This document shows positions 13,191-25,386 of a stretch of DNA of 64,000 nt, piece after piece; position 1 is the first letter of the stretch, and each line of letters begins with the position of its first letter. The notes under the pieces are model-generated. The model did not search any database. It was not told the origin of the DNA and saw only the letters and a program-made list of their open reading frames with translations. A program made the position numbers and the translations under genes. Source of the DNA: Squalus acanthias (taxonomy: Eukaryota); contig CM059432.1 of the NCBI GenBank assembly GCA_030390025.1, forward strand, positions 87,670,001 through 87,734,000, read 5' to 3'.

Positions 13191-15375
13191 GCGAACCGCA
13201 TGCTGGATCTGGTGCTGGGGAATGAGATGGGCCAGGTCGACCAAGTGTCTGTGGGAGAACACTTGGGTACGAGTGATCATCGTATCATAAGATTTAGATT
13301 AGCAATGGAGAGGAGCAAGGAACAATCTAGAGTGGAACTTCTAAACTGGAATAGGGCTAACTTCAATGGGATGTGAAAGGATCTAGCCAGGGTAAAATGG
13401 AACCAAAGACTGACAGGAAAAACTGTAACGGAACAATAGGTGATCTTTAAGGAGGAGATGTTCCAAGTACAGGCTAGGTACATTCCAACAAGAGGGAAGG
13501 GTAAGGGAACCAAAGCAAGGGCTCCTTGGATGACGAGGCAGATTGTTCAAGAGAAGATGATGAAACAAAAAAAGAGGGTGTATGATGCATGTCAGGTAAA
13601 TTCTTCAAGGGAGAACCAGACCAAATACAATAAGTTGAGAGGGGAAGTGAAGATGAAAATAAGATTGGCAAAGAGAGAATATGAGAGTAGAATGGTTGTT
13701 AACATAAAAGGGAATCCAAAAATCTTCTAACGGCATGTAAATAGTAAGCGGGTAGTAAGAGGCAGGGTGGGGCCTATTAGAGACAAAGAGGGTGATATAT
13801 GCTTAGAAGCACAGGGCAAGGCTAGAATACTCAATGAGTACTTTGTATCGGTGTTCACTAAGGAGGTGGATGCTGACAAAATATCGGTAGAAGTGGAAAA
13901 AGTAGAAGCAATGGAAGGGGTGAAAATTGATAGACAGGATGTACTAGAAAGGCTGGGTATGCTTAGCGTGGATAAGTCACCTGGTCCAGATGGCTTGCAT
14001 CCCAGATTGCTAAGGGAATTGGGGAGGAGATAGCGGAAGGGCTTGCCATAATTTTCCAACCTTCCCTAGATGCGGGGGAAGTGCCTGAGGATTGGAAAGT
14101 GGCAAATGTGACACCATTGTTCAAGAAATGGTGTAAGGACAATCCTAGTTTAACATCAGTGCTGGGTAAAGTTTTAGAAACAATAATCAAGGAAAAAATT
14201 AACGGGCACTTGGATAATTTTAAGCTTATTAAGGAAAACCAACACGGATTTGTAAAAGGCAGATCGTGTTTGACTAATCTAATTGAATTTTTTGATGAAG
14301 TAACAGGGAGGATTGATGAAGGGAATGCAATGGATGTTGTCTACATGGATTTTAGGAAACCATTTGACAAACTACCACATAGAAGGCTGGTTAACAAATT
14401 TGAGGCTCATGGAATAGGTGGGTCAGCGGCAGCTTGGATAAGGAATTGGCTTAAGGACAGAAAACAGCAAGTTGTGGTAAATGGCTGTTTTTCAGACTGG
14501 AGGATGGTTACAGTGGTGTTCCCCAAGGGTCAGTGCTGGGGCCACTGCTTTTTTGATATATATAAATGACCTGGATATTGGAAGACAGAGTAGAATTTCT
14601 AAAATTGCCGATGACACCAAACTTGGGGGTGTGGCAAGCAGTGAGGATGTTATCAATCGACTGCAACAGGACATAGAAAGACTAGCAGAATGGGCAGACA
14701 AGTGGCAGATGGAATTTAATACAGAGAAATGTGAGGTGATGCATTTTGGCAGAAGGAACAGGGAGAGGCAATATACACTTAATGGCACAGTTTCAAAGAG
14801 TGTGCAGTGACAGAGGGATCTGGGAGTTAATGTGCATAGGTCTCTGAAGATGGCAGGACATATTGAGAGATTGGTTAGCAAAGCATATGGAATCTTGGGT
14901 TTCATAAATAGAGGTAGAAACATAGAAACATAGAAACTAGGAGCAGGAGTAGGCCATTCGGCCCGTCGAGCCTGCTCCACCATTCAATACGATCATGGCT
15001 GATCATCCAAATCCAGTACACTGTCCCTGCTTTCTCACACAGAATCCCCATCGAGCCTACACCGACACATATCCCACCCTATCCCCGTAACCCCATGTAT
15101 TTAATTCCCCCTAACATATCCCATCCTATCCCTGTAACCCCACATATTTAATCCCCCCCTAACACTAAGGGTCAATTTATCATAGCCAAATCAACCTAAC
15201 CCGCACATTTTTGGACTGTGGGAGGAAACCGGAGCACCCGGAGGTAACCCACGCAGACACGGGGAGAATGTGCAAACTCCACACAGTGAGTACAAAAGTA
15301 GAGAAGTTATGCTGAATCTTTATAAAGCACTGGTTAGGCCACAATTGGAGTATTGCGTCCAGTTCTGATCACATA
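13190..15375 (+). mobile_element. Decayed CR1 ORF2 fragment
   Basis: Successive broken ORFs with SDH, KSPGPDG, QHGF, IADD and YCVQF motifs. Confidence 0.9.
14916..15287 (-). mobile_element. V-SINE/HE1-like SINE, 5'-truncated, with CR1 tail
   Basis: Minus strand carries GTGTGGAGTTTGCACATTCTCCCCGTGTCTGCGTGGG (V-domain-like); CR1-type tail; near-identical to 18512-18814. Confidence 0.8.
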
Positions 15376-16212
15376 TGCGTTATGGTTCAATGGGGGAGAA
15401 ATTCAGTATCGCCCCAGTTGCGGCGCAATTATCGGCCGGGCGCAAAGATTAGCGCCTGGCACTAATTATCGCCTCCAACTGCAAACTTGACTTTTTTCGC
15501 CCCTGGAGGTGATTGGAGTGCTAAATCAGGCGCTACACATCTGTCTTAAGGCGCAAAGGCCGAGGAGCGAGGCGCTAACTCAGAGCGCTGGCGAAGCTCA
15601 TGTGATGTCAGTCAGCAATGGAGCACAGACACAATGGCGCCAGCCAATTCTTAAAGGGGAGGGTTGATCTTGCTTTCCATCCACATCCTGCTCATTGCAG
15701 GCTTGAATCTCGGCCTGGAGAGACCTGCACATCAAATCTGCTGGAAAGAACAATGGAGAGGCCCAGGGAAAGAGCTCAGAGTGCAGCCCCCACAGTCTCT
15801 TCTAAATCGATACAAGGAAGGGCAAATCAAAATGAACCTGCAAAGTGCTGCTCAGTACCCAAAACTCCTTCACACAGCGTTGAATCTCTCCAGAAGTCTC
15901 CATCTCTCTCTCTCTCTCTCTCTCAGAATGCGTGGTTCAAAAATGTCACCAACAAAAAAAGGCAGGAAGTGCTCATAAGAACATAAGAACATAAGAAATA
16001 GGAGCAGGAGTAGGCCAATCGGCCCCTCGAGCCTGCTCCGCCATTCAATAAGATCATGGCTGATCTGATCCTAACCGCCAATCTACTATCTATCACAGAA
16101 CCATCTCCTGCATCTAACAGAATTGCACACACGAAATAGGAGCAGAATCAGGCTACACAGTCCCTGGGCCCGCTCCACTACCCACAGGGCCATGACCGAT
16201 CCGAACCTAGAC

Positions 16213-19200
16213 TCATGTCCAAATTCCTGCCCGCTCCCCGTAACCCTTAATGCCCTTTACTTCTAGGAAACTGTCTATTTCTGTTTTAAATTTAATTAAT
16301 GTTGTAGCTTCTACAGCTTTTTGTGGCAGCATATTCCATGGACCTACCACCCTCTGAGTGAAGTAGTTCCTCCTCATCTCAGTTTTGAAAGAGCAGCCCC
16401 TTATTCTAAGACTATGTCCCCTAGTTCTCGTCTCACCCGTCATCGGGAACATCCTCCCCGCATCCACCCGATCCAACCCCTTCACAATCTTATATGTTTC
16501 AATAAGATCGCCTCTCATTCTTCTGAACTCCAATGAGTAGAGTCCCAATCTACCCAACCTCTCCTCATATGACCACCCCCTCATCCCCGGGATTAACCGA
16601 GTGAACCTTTTTTGCACTGCCTCGAGAGCAAGGATGTCTTTCCTTAAGTAAGGACACCAAAACTGTATGCAGTATTCCAGGTGCGGTCTCACCAATACCT
16701 TGTACAACTGAAGCAATACCTCCCTATTTTTATATTCTATCCCCCTAGCAATGAAAGCCAACATTCCATTTGCCTTCTTAATCACTTGCTGCACCTGCAT
16801 ACTAACCTTTTGAGTTTCGTGCACCAGGACCCCCAGATCCCTTTGCACTTCAGTACTCTCCAGTTTCTTGCCATTAAGATAATAAATTGCTCTAGGATTT
16901 TTCCTGCCAAAGTGCATCACCTCACACTTTCCAGTGTTGTATTCCATCTGCCAAATCTCTGCCCACTTACTTAGCCTGTCTATGTCCCCTTGCAGGTTTT
17001 TTATGTCCTCCTCACTCACTACTTTCCCTCCCATCTTTGTATCATCTGCAAATTTTGATATGTTACACTTGGTCCCTTCCTCCAAATCGTTAATATAGAT
17101 TGTGAAGAGTTGGGGACCCAGCACTGACCCCTGTGGAACACCACTAGTTACTGATTGCCAGTCTGAGAATGAACCATTTATCCCAACTCTTTGCTTTCTG
17201 TTAGATAGCCAATCCTCTATCCATGCCAGAATATTACCCCCAATCCCGTGATTTTTTACCTTAAGCAATAATCTTTTGTGTGGCACCTTGTCAAATGCCT
17301 TTTGGAAGTCTAAATACACTACGTCCACTGGTTCCCCTTTATCCACTCTATATGTTACTTCCTCAAAGAACTCCAGCAAATTTGTCAAACATGACTTCCC
17401 CTTCGTAAAACCATGCTGACTTTGTCCTATTAAATTATGATTATCCAAATGTCCTGTTACTGTTTCCTTAATAATGGACTCCAAAATTTTACCTACCACA
17501 GATGTTAGGCTAACCAGTCTATAGTTACCAGCCTTCTGTCTACTGCCCTTTTTAAATAAGGGTGTTACATTAGCAGTTTTCCAGTCTGCCGGGACCTTAG
17601 CGGAATCCAGGGAGTTTTGAAAAATTATTACCAATGCATCTACAATCCCTACCGCCACTTCCTTCAAGACTCTAGGATGTAAGCCATCAGGTCCAGGTGA
17701 TTTATCCGCCTTGAGTCCCATTATTTTACCGAGTACCACTTCCTTAGTGATTTTGATCGTGTTTAGCTCCTCTCCCCCTATAGCCCCCTGTTTGTCCAGT
17801 GTTGGGATATTCTTAGTGTCCTCTACTGTAAAGACTGATACAAAATATTCATTCAGTGTTTTTGCCATCTCCATATTTCCCACCATTAATTTCCCGGTCT
17901 CATCCTCTAAGGGACCAACATTTACTTTAGCCACCCTTTTTCTTTTTATATAACTATAAAAACTCTTACTATCTGTTTTTATATTTTTTGCAAATTTACT
18001 TTCATAATCTATCTTCCCTTTCTTAATCAATCTTTTTGTTATTTTTTGCTGCCTTTTAAAGTTTTCCCAATCCTCTGTCCTCCCACTAGATTTCGCTACC
18101 TTATATGCCCTTGTTTTTAGTCGAATACTATCCTTAATTTCTTTACTTAGCCACGGATGACTGTCCTTTCTTTTACACCCTTTTCTTTTCAGTGGAATAT
18201 ATTTTTTTTGGAAGTTGTAAAATAACTCCTTGAATGTACACCACTGATCATGTGTCGTCTTACCCTTTAATCTATTTTCCCAATCCACTCTACTCAATTC
18301 CGCTCGCATACCTTCATAGTCTCCTTTATTCAAGCTTAGCACGCTTGTTTGAGATCCAACCTTCTCACCCTCTCATTGAATATGGAATTCAACCATGTTA
18401 TGGTCACTCATTCCAAGGGGATCCTTTACTAGGACATTTTTAATTAATCCTGTCTCGTTACACAGGACCAGATCTAAGGTTGCTTGCCCCCTGGTCGGTT
18501 CAGTTACATACAGTTCCAAAAATGTGCGGGTTAGGTTGATTTGGCTATGATAAATTGACCCTTAGTGTTAGGGGGGGATTAAATATGTGGGGTTACGGGG
18601 ATAGGATGGGATATGTTAGGGGGAATTAAATACGTGGAGTTACGGGGATAGGGTGGGATATGTGTCAGTGCAGGCTCGATGGGGATTCTGTGGGAGAAAG
18701 CAGGGACAGGGTACTGGATTTGGATGATCAGCCATGATCGTATTGAATGGTGGAGCAGGCTCGACGGGCTGAATGGCCTACTCCTGCTCCTAGTTTCTAT
18801 GTTTCTATGTTTCTATACTGCTCAAGAAACCCATCCCTAATACACTCAATGAACTCATCCTCAAGGCAGCCCTGCCCCATTTGATTTGTCCAATTAATAT
18901 GATAGTTAAAATCCCCCATAATTATAGATGTTCCCTTATTACATGCCTCAACTATTTCCTGATTGATACGCCGTCCAATAGAGTTGCAACTGTTCGGAGG
19001 CCTATAGACTACGCCCACTAATGTTTTTTTCCCCTTATTATTCCTTATCTCCACCCAAACTGTTTCATTATCATGATTTTTTGACCCAATATCATTACTC
19101 TGTATTACAGTGATTCCTTCCTTTATTAACATAGCCACCCCACCTCCCCTTCCTTCCTGCCTGTCCTTCCTGATCGTTAAATAACCTGGTATGTTTAATT

Positions 19201-19471
19201 CCCAGGCATTGTCACCCTGCAGCCATGTTTCTGTAATGGCCACAATATCATAACCATATGTAGTTATTTGTGCCATTAACTCGTCTATTTTGTTACGAAT
19301 GCTACGTGCATTCAGATAGAGAACTTTCAAATATGCTTTGTGGCACTTAGTTCCTGCTTTTTCACTTTTTACCAGTTTACCTTTTACTCCACACACTCTG
19401 TCCCTTCCTGCCACGCTCTGATTTGTGATTCCCCTACTGCTACCTATGTCTATGACCCTCTCTGTTGTCAT
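16213..19471 (-). pseudogene. CR1 ORF2 (APE endonuclease plus RT) broken by a SINE and one nonsense codon
   Basis: Frame is continuous after removing 18512-18814 and one ATAC copy; in-frame TGA at 18373-18375; KFADD. Confidence 0.92.
18512..18814 (+). mobile_element. 5'-truncated SINE of the same family as 14916-15287
   Basis: ATAC duplication at 18508-18511 and 18815-18818; (TTTCTATG)n tail. Confidence 0.85.
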
Positions 19472-19509
19472 TTTTATTTTTTGCTCTCTTGAAACCTCCC
19501 CCCCACTAA

Positions 19510-20466
19510 TTAGTTTAAAGCCCTCTCCACAGCCCTAGTTATTCGATTCGCCAGGACACTAGTCCCAGCACTGGCCAAGTGAAGTCCGTCCCAACGGAAC
19601 AGCTCTCTCCTGCCCCAGTACTGGTGCCAGTGTCCCAAGAAGCAAAACCCATTTTTCCCACACCAGTCTTTGAGCCACGCATTCAACTCCCTGATTTTAT
19701 TTACCCTAGCCAAATTTGCTCGTGGCTCAGGTAGTAATCCAGAGATTATTACCCTCGAGGTTCTGCTTTTTAATTTGGCCCCTAGCTGCTCAAACTCCCT
19801 CAGCAGAACCTCTTTCCTTGTCCTATCTATGTCATTGGTACCAACATGGACCACGACAACTGGATCCTCCCCCTCCCACTCCAAGTTTCTCTCCAGCCCA
19901 GAGGAGATGTCCTTAACCCTGGCACCGGGCAGGCAACACAGCCTTCGGGACTCTCGCTCTTGGCTGCAAAGAACCCTATCTATCCCCCTAATGATACTAT
20001 CCCCTACCACTACAACATTTCTTTTTACTCCCCCCACTTGAATGGCCCCCCTTACCACGGTGCTGTGGCCAGGTTGCTCATCCTCCCTGCAGTCCCCGCT
20101 CCTATCCACACAGGGAGTAAGAGCCTCGAACCTGTTGGACAAGAGCAAGGGCTGCGGCTCCTCCAACACTACCTCCTGGATCCCTGTACCTGCCTCACTC
20201 GTAGTCACACCTTCCTGTCCCTGACCACGGGCTACTTCTGAATTAGTTACTCTAATTGGTGTGACTACCTCCTGAAACACGGAGTCCAGGTAACTCTCCC
20301 CCTCCCTGATGTGTCGCAGTGTTTGAAGCTCGGACTCCAGCTCATCAACACGGAGCCGGAGTTCCTCGAGCAGCCAACACTTACTGCAAATGTGTTCACC
20401 GTGAACATCAATGGTGTCCACCAGCTCCCACATATTGCAGCAGTAACACATCACCTGCTCTCCCAT
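19510..20466 (-). CDS. CR1 ORF1p (zinc finger, coiled coil, SGNH/GDSL esterase-like domain)
   Basis: Intact 318-aa ORF; CYCC...CSKC, VVGDSIIR, HVGTND, DGLHL. Confidence 0.9.
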   Translation of the reverse strand: MGEQVMCYCCNMWELVDTIDVHGEHICSKCWLLEELRLRVDELESELQTLRHIREGESYLDSVFQEVVTPIRVTNSEVARGQGQEGVTTSEAGTGIQEVVLEEPQPLLLSNRFEALTPCVDRSGDCREDEQPGHSTVVRGAIQVGGVKRNVVVVGDSIIRGIDRVLCSQERESRRLCCLPGARVKDISSGLERNLEWEGEDPVVVVHVGTNDIDRTRKEVLLREFEQLGAKLKSRTSRVIISGLLPEPRANLARVNKIRELNAWLKDWCGKNGFCFLGHWHQYWGRRELFRWDGLHLASAGTSVLANRITRAVERALN

Positions 20467-22006
20467 TCTATGTAATTAATTAAAAATGTATTATTTACCC
20501 TTCAGTTAATTTATGCCAGCAGTCTCTGCTACACCACAGATACCCGAGAAACAATAAAATTGAAGTTTTGTATAAAAAAAAAGAGAAATACTCACCAACC
20601 AATCACTTACCTTTAAATAGCGCTCCCCCAGTCCCTTCCTGACTGCAAAACACTCCCCTCAACCTGTCGTTGCTAGCGGCAGGCGGTAAGGCAAGGGATG
20701 CCACTCAATATCCGCTCCGGGGCGTTACGCACTCGACTGACATCACGATCTGCTGCCGCAGGAGATCGTGGCGGTACTGTTTAGCGCCGCCGCAAAATGT
20801 CTAGTTAATTTCGCGAGCGCCGCAAACATCGCCGCGCCAGGGTGCCAGTTGCTTTGCGCCCCATTAGCGCCTTCTTAAGGCGCTAACGGGAGGCGCAACC
20901 AACTGAATTTTTCCCCTTTGACTCCATAATATGATTGGGCGTAGTCAACACGGATTTATGAAAGGGAAATCGTGTTTGAGAAATCTGATAGAGTTTTTTG
21001 AGGTTGTACTTGTAACTAGCTGGGTAGATAAGGGGGAACCAGTGGATGTAATGTATTTGGATTTTCAAAAAGCATTCGATAAAGTGCCACACAAGTGGTT
21101 ATTACACAAAATTAGGGCTCATGGGATTGGGGGTTATATATTAGCATGGATTGAGAATTGGTTAATGGACAGAAAATAGGGAGTAGGAATAAACAGGTCA
21201 TTTTCAGGTTGGCAGGCTGTAACTAGTGGGGTACTGCAAGGATCATTGCTTGGGCCTCAGCTATTTACAATCTTTATCAATGGCTTGGATGAATGGACCG
21301 AGTGTAATGTATCCAAATTTGCTGATGTTACAAAGCTAGGCGGGAAAGTAAGTTGTGAGGAGGATGCAAAGAGGCTGCAAAGTGATATAGACAGGTTAAG
21401 TTAATGGGCAAGAACATGGCAAATGGAATATAATGTGAAGAAATATGAAGATATCAACTTTGGTAGGAAAAATAGAAAAGCAGTGTATTTTTTAAATGGT
21501 GAGAGATTGGGAAATGTTGGTGTTCAGAGGGACCTGGGTGTCCTTGTACACGAATCACTGAAAGTTAACATGCAGGTACAGTGAGTAATTAGGAAAGCAA
21601 ATGGTATGTTGGCCTTTATTTCAAAGGGATTGGAGTACAAGAGTAAGGGGGGGAAAAATTAGGTCGCGCCCCGTTTGGGGCGCAAATATCGTCTGGACGC
21701 AAATATTAGCGCCTGGCGCTAATTATCGCCACTGACTGGAAACTTCACTCTTACCGCCCCGGAGGTGAGTGGAGCGCTAAATCAGGCGCTGCACACCTGT
21801 CTTAAGGCGCAAAGGCCGAGCAGTGAGGCGCTAACTCAGCGCGCGAGCGCAGCGCAGGTGCTGCCAGTTAGCGAGGGAACACAGACACACTGGCGCCGGA
21901 CACTTCTTAAAGCGGGGGGGGCCAACTTGCTCCCCAGCCACACCCTGCTCATTGCAGCCTTGAATCTCAGCCTGGAGAGACCAGTGAATCCATTTTGCTG
22001 CCAAGG

Positions 22007-23826
22007 ATGGAGAGGGTGAGAGAACGAGCTCAGCGCTTCACCGAGCGGGCGTTGGATGCTCTGGTTGGCGCGGTGGAGCGCAGAAGATGTATACTCTTCC
22101 CTGAGAGTGGCAGGAGGCCTTTGCCACGCGAGTACAGAAGAGTGTGGAGGGAGGTGGCTCAGAGCGTCTCCTCCAGGAGCATGGTGCCCAGGACCCATGT
22201 TCAATGCCGCAAAAAGTTCAACGACCTCACTCGGGTCGTCAGGGTGAGTGGCTTTTTCTCAATACCTCTCCATCCCTCCATCTCAACCTCACTCTATGGC
22301 CAGAGGGTCTTAAAACCCCAATGCACAACACTCATCCAACACCTATGGCCCTTTCATGAAACACACACACACATTCCACACTTTGCATACAGTAAGGGCT
22401 ATTCACCTATGGGAGGCACATCAGGCAAGACCATGGCTGCATACAGTAAGGGCTATTCACCTATGGGAGGCACATCAGGCAAGACCATGGCTGTATATTT
22501 ACTCAGATGCTGTCCTTTTTCTTGCAGGCCAAGCTGGCGCATAATCGGAGACAGCAGCAATGGACAGGTGGAGGGCAGCCTCAGCTGCAACCCCTCAGCG
22601 ATCTTGAGGAGCGCGTCCACAGGATTGTGGCAAGCCGGGTGATCGGTCCCGTCGCCACTGGAGACGCCGACCCCGTTCTGGACAGCAATGGTAAGGTCAT
22701 CACCTTTTTGTCCTCTGTCCTTCCACTTGTCCCTCACAACACCAGCCTTTGACACTTTCAATCCAACTTGCTAACTCGCTGCACTTATTCCTCCCTTACT
22801 GCCACCCTGTCCTCACGCTAAAGCCACTCTTGTACCTCCCTGCTTTCAGATGGTGATTCACCAGCTGAGGAGACGGGCCCTGAAGCTGCCAGTGGGAGTG
22901 AAGCTGCAGCCGAGGAGGAAGAGGAAGCCAGAGCATCAGTGCCACCCTCTCCCGAGGAAGCCCATGCCCACACTGGGAACACGCCTTCCCTGGAGGGGAG
23001 CAGGGGGGAAGGGTCTGATGAGGGTGAAGCTCCAGGACCCAGCGGGCTGCAGCAACGCCATGGGGGTAGGGAAGAACGGGGGCCTTCTCCCCAGAGGGAG
23101 AGTAGGCCAGAGACTCCTACTGCAATGGACGCAGAGGAGGAGCGGCTGATCGCAGAAATGAACACCCAGGCGGTGGGCATGCACACTGAGCTCATGGGTG
23201 CAGTGGGAAGGGTGCCCGAATGCATTGAGTCACTGGCAAGGAGTGTGGAGCACTTCGCTGTAGCACAGGCGGATGCCACACTAACGCTTAGTTCTGCAAT
23301 TCAGTCACTGACTGCCGTGATCCCATCTCTGACTGCTCTCATGCAGACTCAGATTGAGGCCACGCGAGCACTGACTGCTGCCAACCTCGATGGTTCGTTC
23401 ACATGTCCCCGGGACTCTCACCGCGCCACAGCAGGCCAGCAATCTGTGCTCCAGCAGATTGCTCCGGATGCTGAAGTGCTGCCCCGTGGGAGTGCCAGTG
23501 TGTCGGGCGAGCAGGGAGTTGCTGTCCTCTCTCACGATGACAGCATTCCTGCTGCCAACACTGTCACTTCTCCACTGCACTTGCCACCACCTGTAGGACA
23601 GACTGCTGCCGCCCATGCAGAGTTGGTGCAGTCTGCAGCCGGGCCCTCCAGGCCCAGAACTGGTCGAGGCCGTCCTTCAGGGGCATCTGCAGTGTCAGGG
23701 TCTGACGATCAGCAGCCTTCCACCAGCCTTGCTGCAGCCACTGAGGTCCCATTACAGAGGAGCAGTAGGGTTAGAAGGGGGGAAGTGCGCAAGGGAAGGA
23801 GATCACCCTCGAAGGGCAAAAAGTAG
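22007..23826 (+). CDS. Harbinger Myb/SANT-like protein, 3 exons (22007-22243, 22528-22690, 22850-23826), 458 aa
   Basis: GT-AG introns with compatible phases give an open frame; RFTERALDALV...WREVA...QCRKKFNDL; basic NLS-like C-terminus. Confidence 0.88.
22384..22491 (+). repeat. 54-bp tandem duplication in intron 1
   Basis: tgcatacagtaagggctattcacc...aagaccatggc occurs twice. Confidence 0.95.
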
Positions 23827-24138
23827 GAGGTGTGACAAAATGCTGGTCATTTTTTTATTAAAGGCCGAGGTTCGTGGTCCAACTTTTGTTTAGTGTTTTG
23901 GACATTATCTCCAGGTTGTGAGAACCAGTTATGTTAATGACTGTTTTTTTGTGTTTATTTCTATGAGTTTGTCATGAGGAAATGACACACACAGAGTTTG
24001 TAAAATAAATAAGTTTTTGTATTCAAAATATACATGTTTGGTGTTTGGAATCATTGGTGCCTTGGCCGGCTTAGGGGTTGCGTGCTGGGTTCATTGATGT
24101 TGTTAGCAATGGCAGAAGCCATTTCCACAGCAGGGGCC

Positions 24139-25386
24139 CTAGAAGCGGCTTGCTATCAGCCGTTGACGGACGGCCCTTGCAGTTTCACCATTGTGGGCCG
24201 CCCTCCCGCCTTGGTGCTGCTGATGATCATCCTCCTCGTCCTCTTCCTCCTCTTCCTCCTCCTCCTCTGGTGGTGCTCCAAGGCCTGGTGGCATTGGCTG
24301 GGTCCTGACGATTGCCATGTTATGCAACATGCAGCACACAACTACGAAGTTGGATACTCGCTCAGGTGAGTACTGCAGGGCTCCTCCAGAATGGTCGAGA
24401 CAGCGGAACCGTTGCTTCAGCACGCCGATTGTGCGCTCAATGATGTTCCTGGTAGCTTGATGGCTCTCATTGTACCGCAGCTCAGCAGGGGTGTTGGGCG
24501 TACGGAACGGTGTCATCAGCCAGGTGCTCAATGGATACCCCTTGTCCCCGAGAAGCCAACCAACTGGCTGATGCGGTGCCTCGAAAAGTTCTGCCACAGT
24601 AGTCTGGCGCAGGACGAAAGCATCGTGGCAGCTGCCAGGATAGTGGGCATTGACAGCGAGTATCAGCTGTCTGTGGTCACAGACCAACTGAACATTCAAG
24701 GAATTGAACCCCTTTCTGTTCCGGAATTCCTCGGCATTCTCATGTGGAGCACGCAAAGCCACATGCGTGCAGTCAATGGCGCCCTGCACCATGGGGAAGC
24801 CCGCTATCCTCGCAAAGCCCAGAGTGCGGTCACGCTGCTTGTCTGGGGTCATGGGGAAAGAGATGAACTCTCGTCTCCTTTTAAAGAGGGCATTTGTGAC
24901 CTGCCGGATGCAGCAATGCACCGCGAACTGGGAGATATTGGCGAGGTCCCCAGCAGCAGCTTGAAATGAGCCAGTAGCATAGAAGTTGAGAGCCACTGTG
25001 ACCTTCACTGCCACCGACAGAGACGTCCTGGACCTCAGTTGAGGCTGCAGATCTGGCTGCAGCAGGTGGCAGAGCTCAGTGACCACCTCCTTGCTGAATC
25101 GCAGCCTTCGCAAACACAGCTCCTCAGACATATGAATGTAGGAGAGCTGTTCACGATATACCCTGGGAGGGTAAGCTCTCCTGTACATATGCCTGTTGGC
25201 CCTCCTCCGTCTGGCCATCATTGCCACTCTCTCTCTGCGTCTCTGTGTCCTCCGATTCAGCTGGAGCAGGACGACGCCCCCAATCAGTGCAGCCCCCATA
25301 GTCTCTTTGCAAGCAAAGTTATGAAGGACAGCAACCAAAGTAGCAGCGAAGTTAGGATCAGTAGGCAAAACTACCTCACAAAGCAT
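24139..25386 (-). CDS. Harbinger DDE transposase (HARBI1-family); alternative start at 25299
   Basis: Uninterrupted ORF with GAIDCTH, GSCHD, LGDKGY and IERTIGVLKQRF. Confidence 0.95.
   Translation of the reverse strand: MLCEVVLPTDPNFAATLVAVLHNFACKETMGAALIGGVVLLQLNRRTQRRRERVAMMARRRRANRHMYRRAYPPRVYREQLSYIHMSEELCLRRLRFSKEVVTELCHLLQPDLQPQLRSRTSLSVAVKVTVALNFYATGSFQAAAGDLANISQFAVHCCIRQVTNALFKRRREFISFPMTPDKQRDRTLGFARIAGFPMVQGAIDCTHVALRAPHENAEEFRNRKGFNSLNVQLVCDHRQLILAVNAHYPGSCHDAFVLRQTTVAELFEAPHQPVGWLLGDKGYPLSTWLMTPFRTPNTPAELRYNESHQATRNIIERTIGVLKQRFRCLDHSGGALQYSPERVSNFVVVCCMLHNMAIVRTQPMPPGLGAPPEEEEEEEEEDEEDDHQQHQGGRAAHNGETARAVRQRLIASRF

Larger units (their letters stand above)
15974..20611 (-). mobile_element. 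Near full-length CR1 LINE
   Basis: 5'UTR, ORF1, ORF2, 3'UTR and (TTCTTATG)n tail all present. Confidence 0.97.
15392..20916. mobile_element. Harbinger MITE split by a full-length CR1
   Basis: 15392-15973 and 20612-20916 together are colinear with the reverse complement of MITE 10362-11254; TIRs GGGGGAGAAATT / AATTTTTCCCC. Confidence 0.8.

Noticed and set aside
24139..25386. Domesticated host gene HARBI1
   Set aside because: Enclosed by TIRs and a target duplication, paired with a Myb gene and inserted in a CR1
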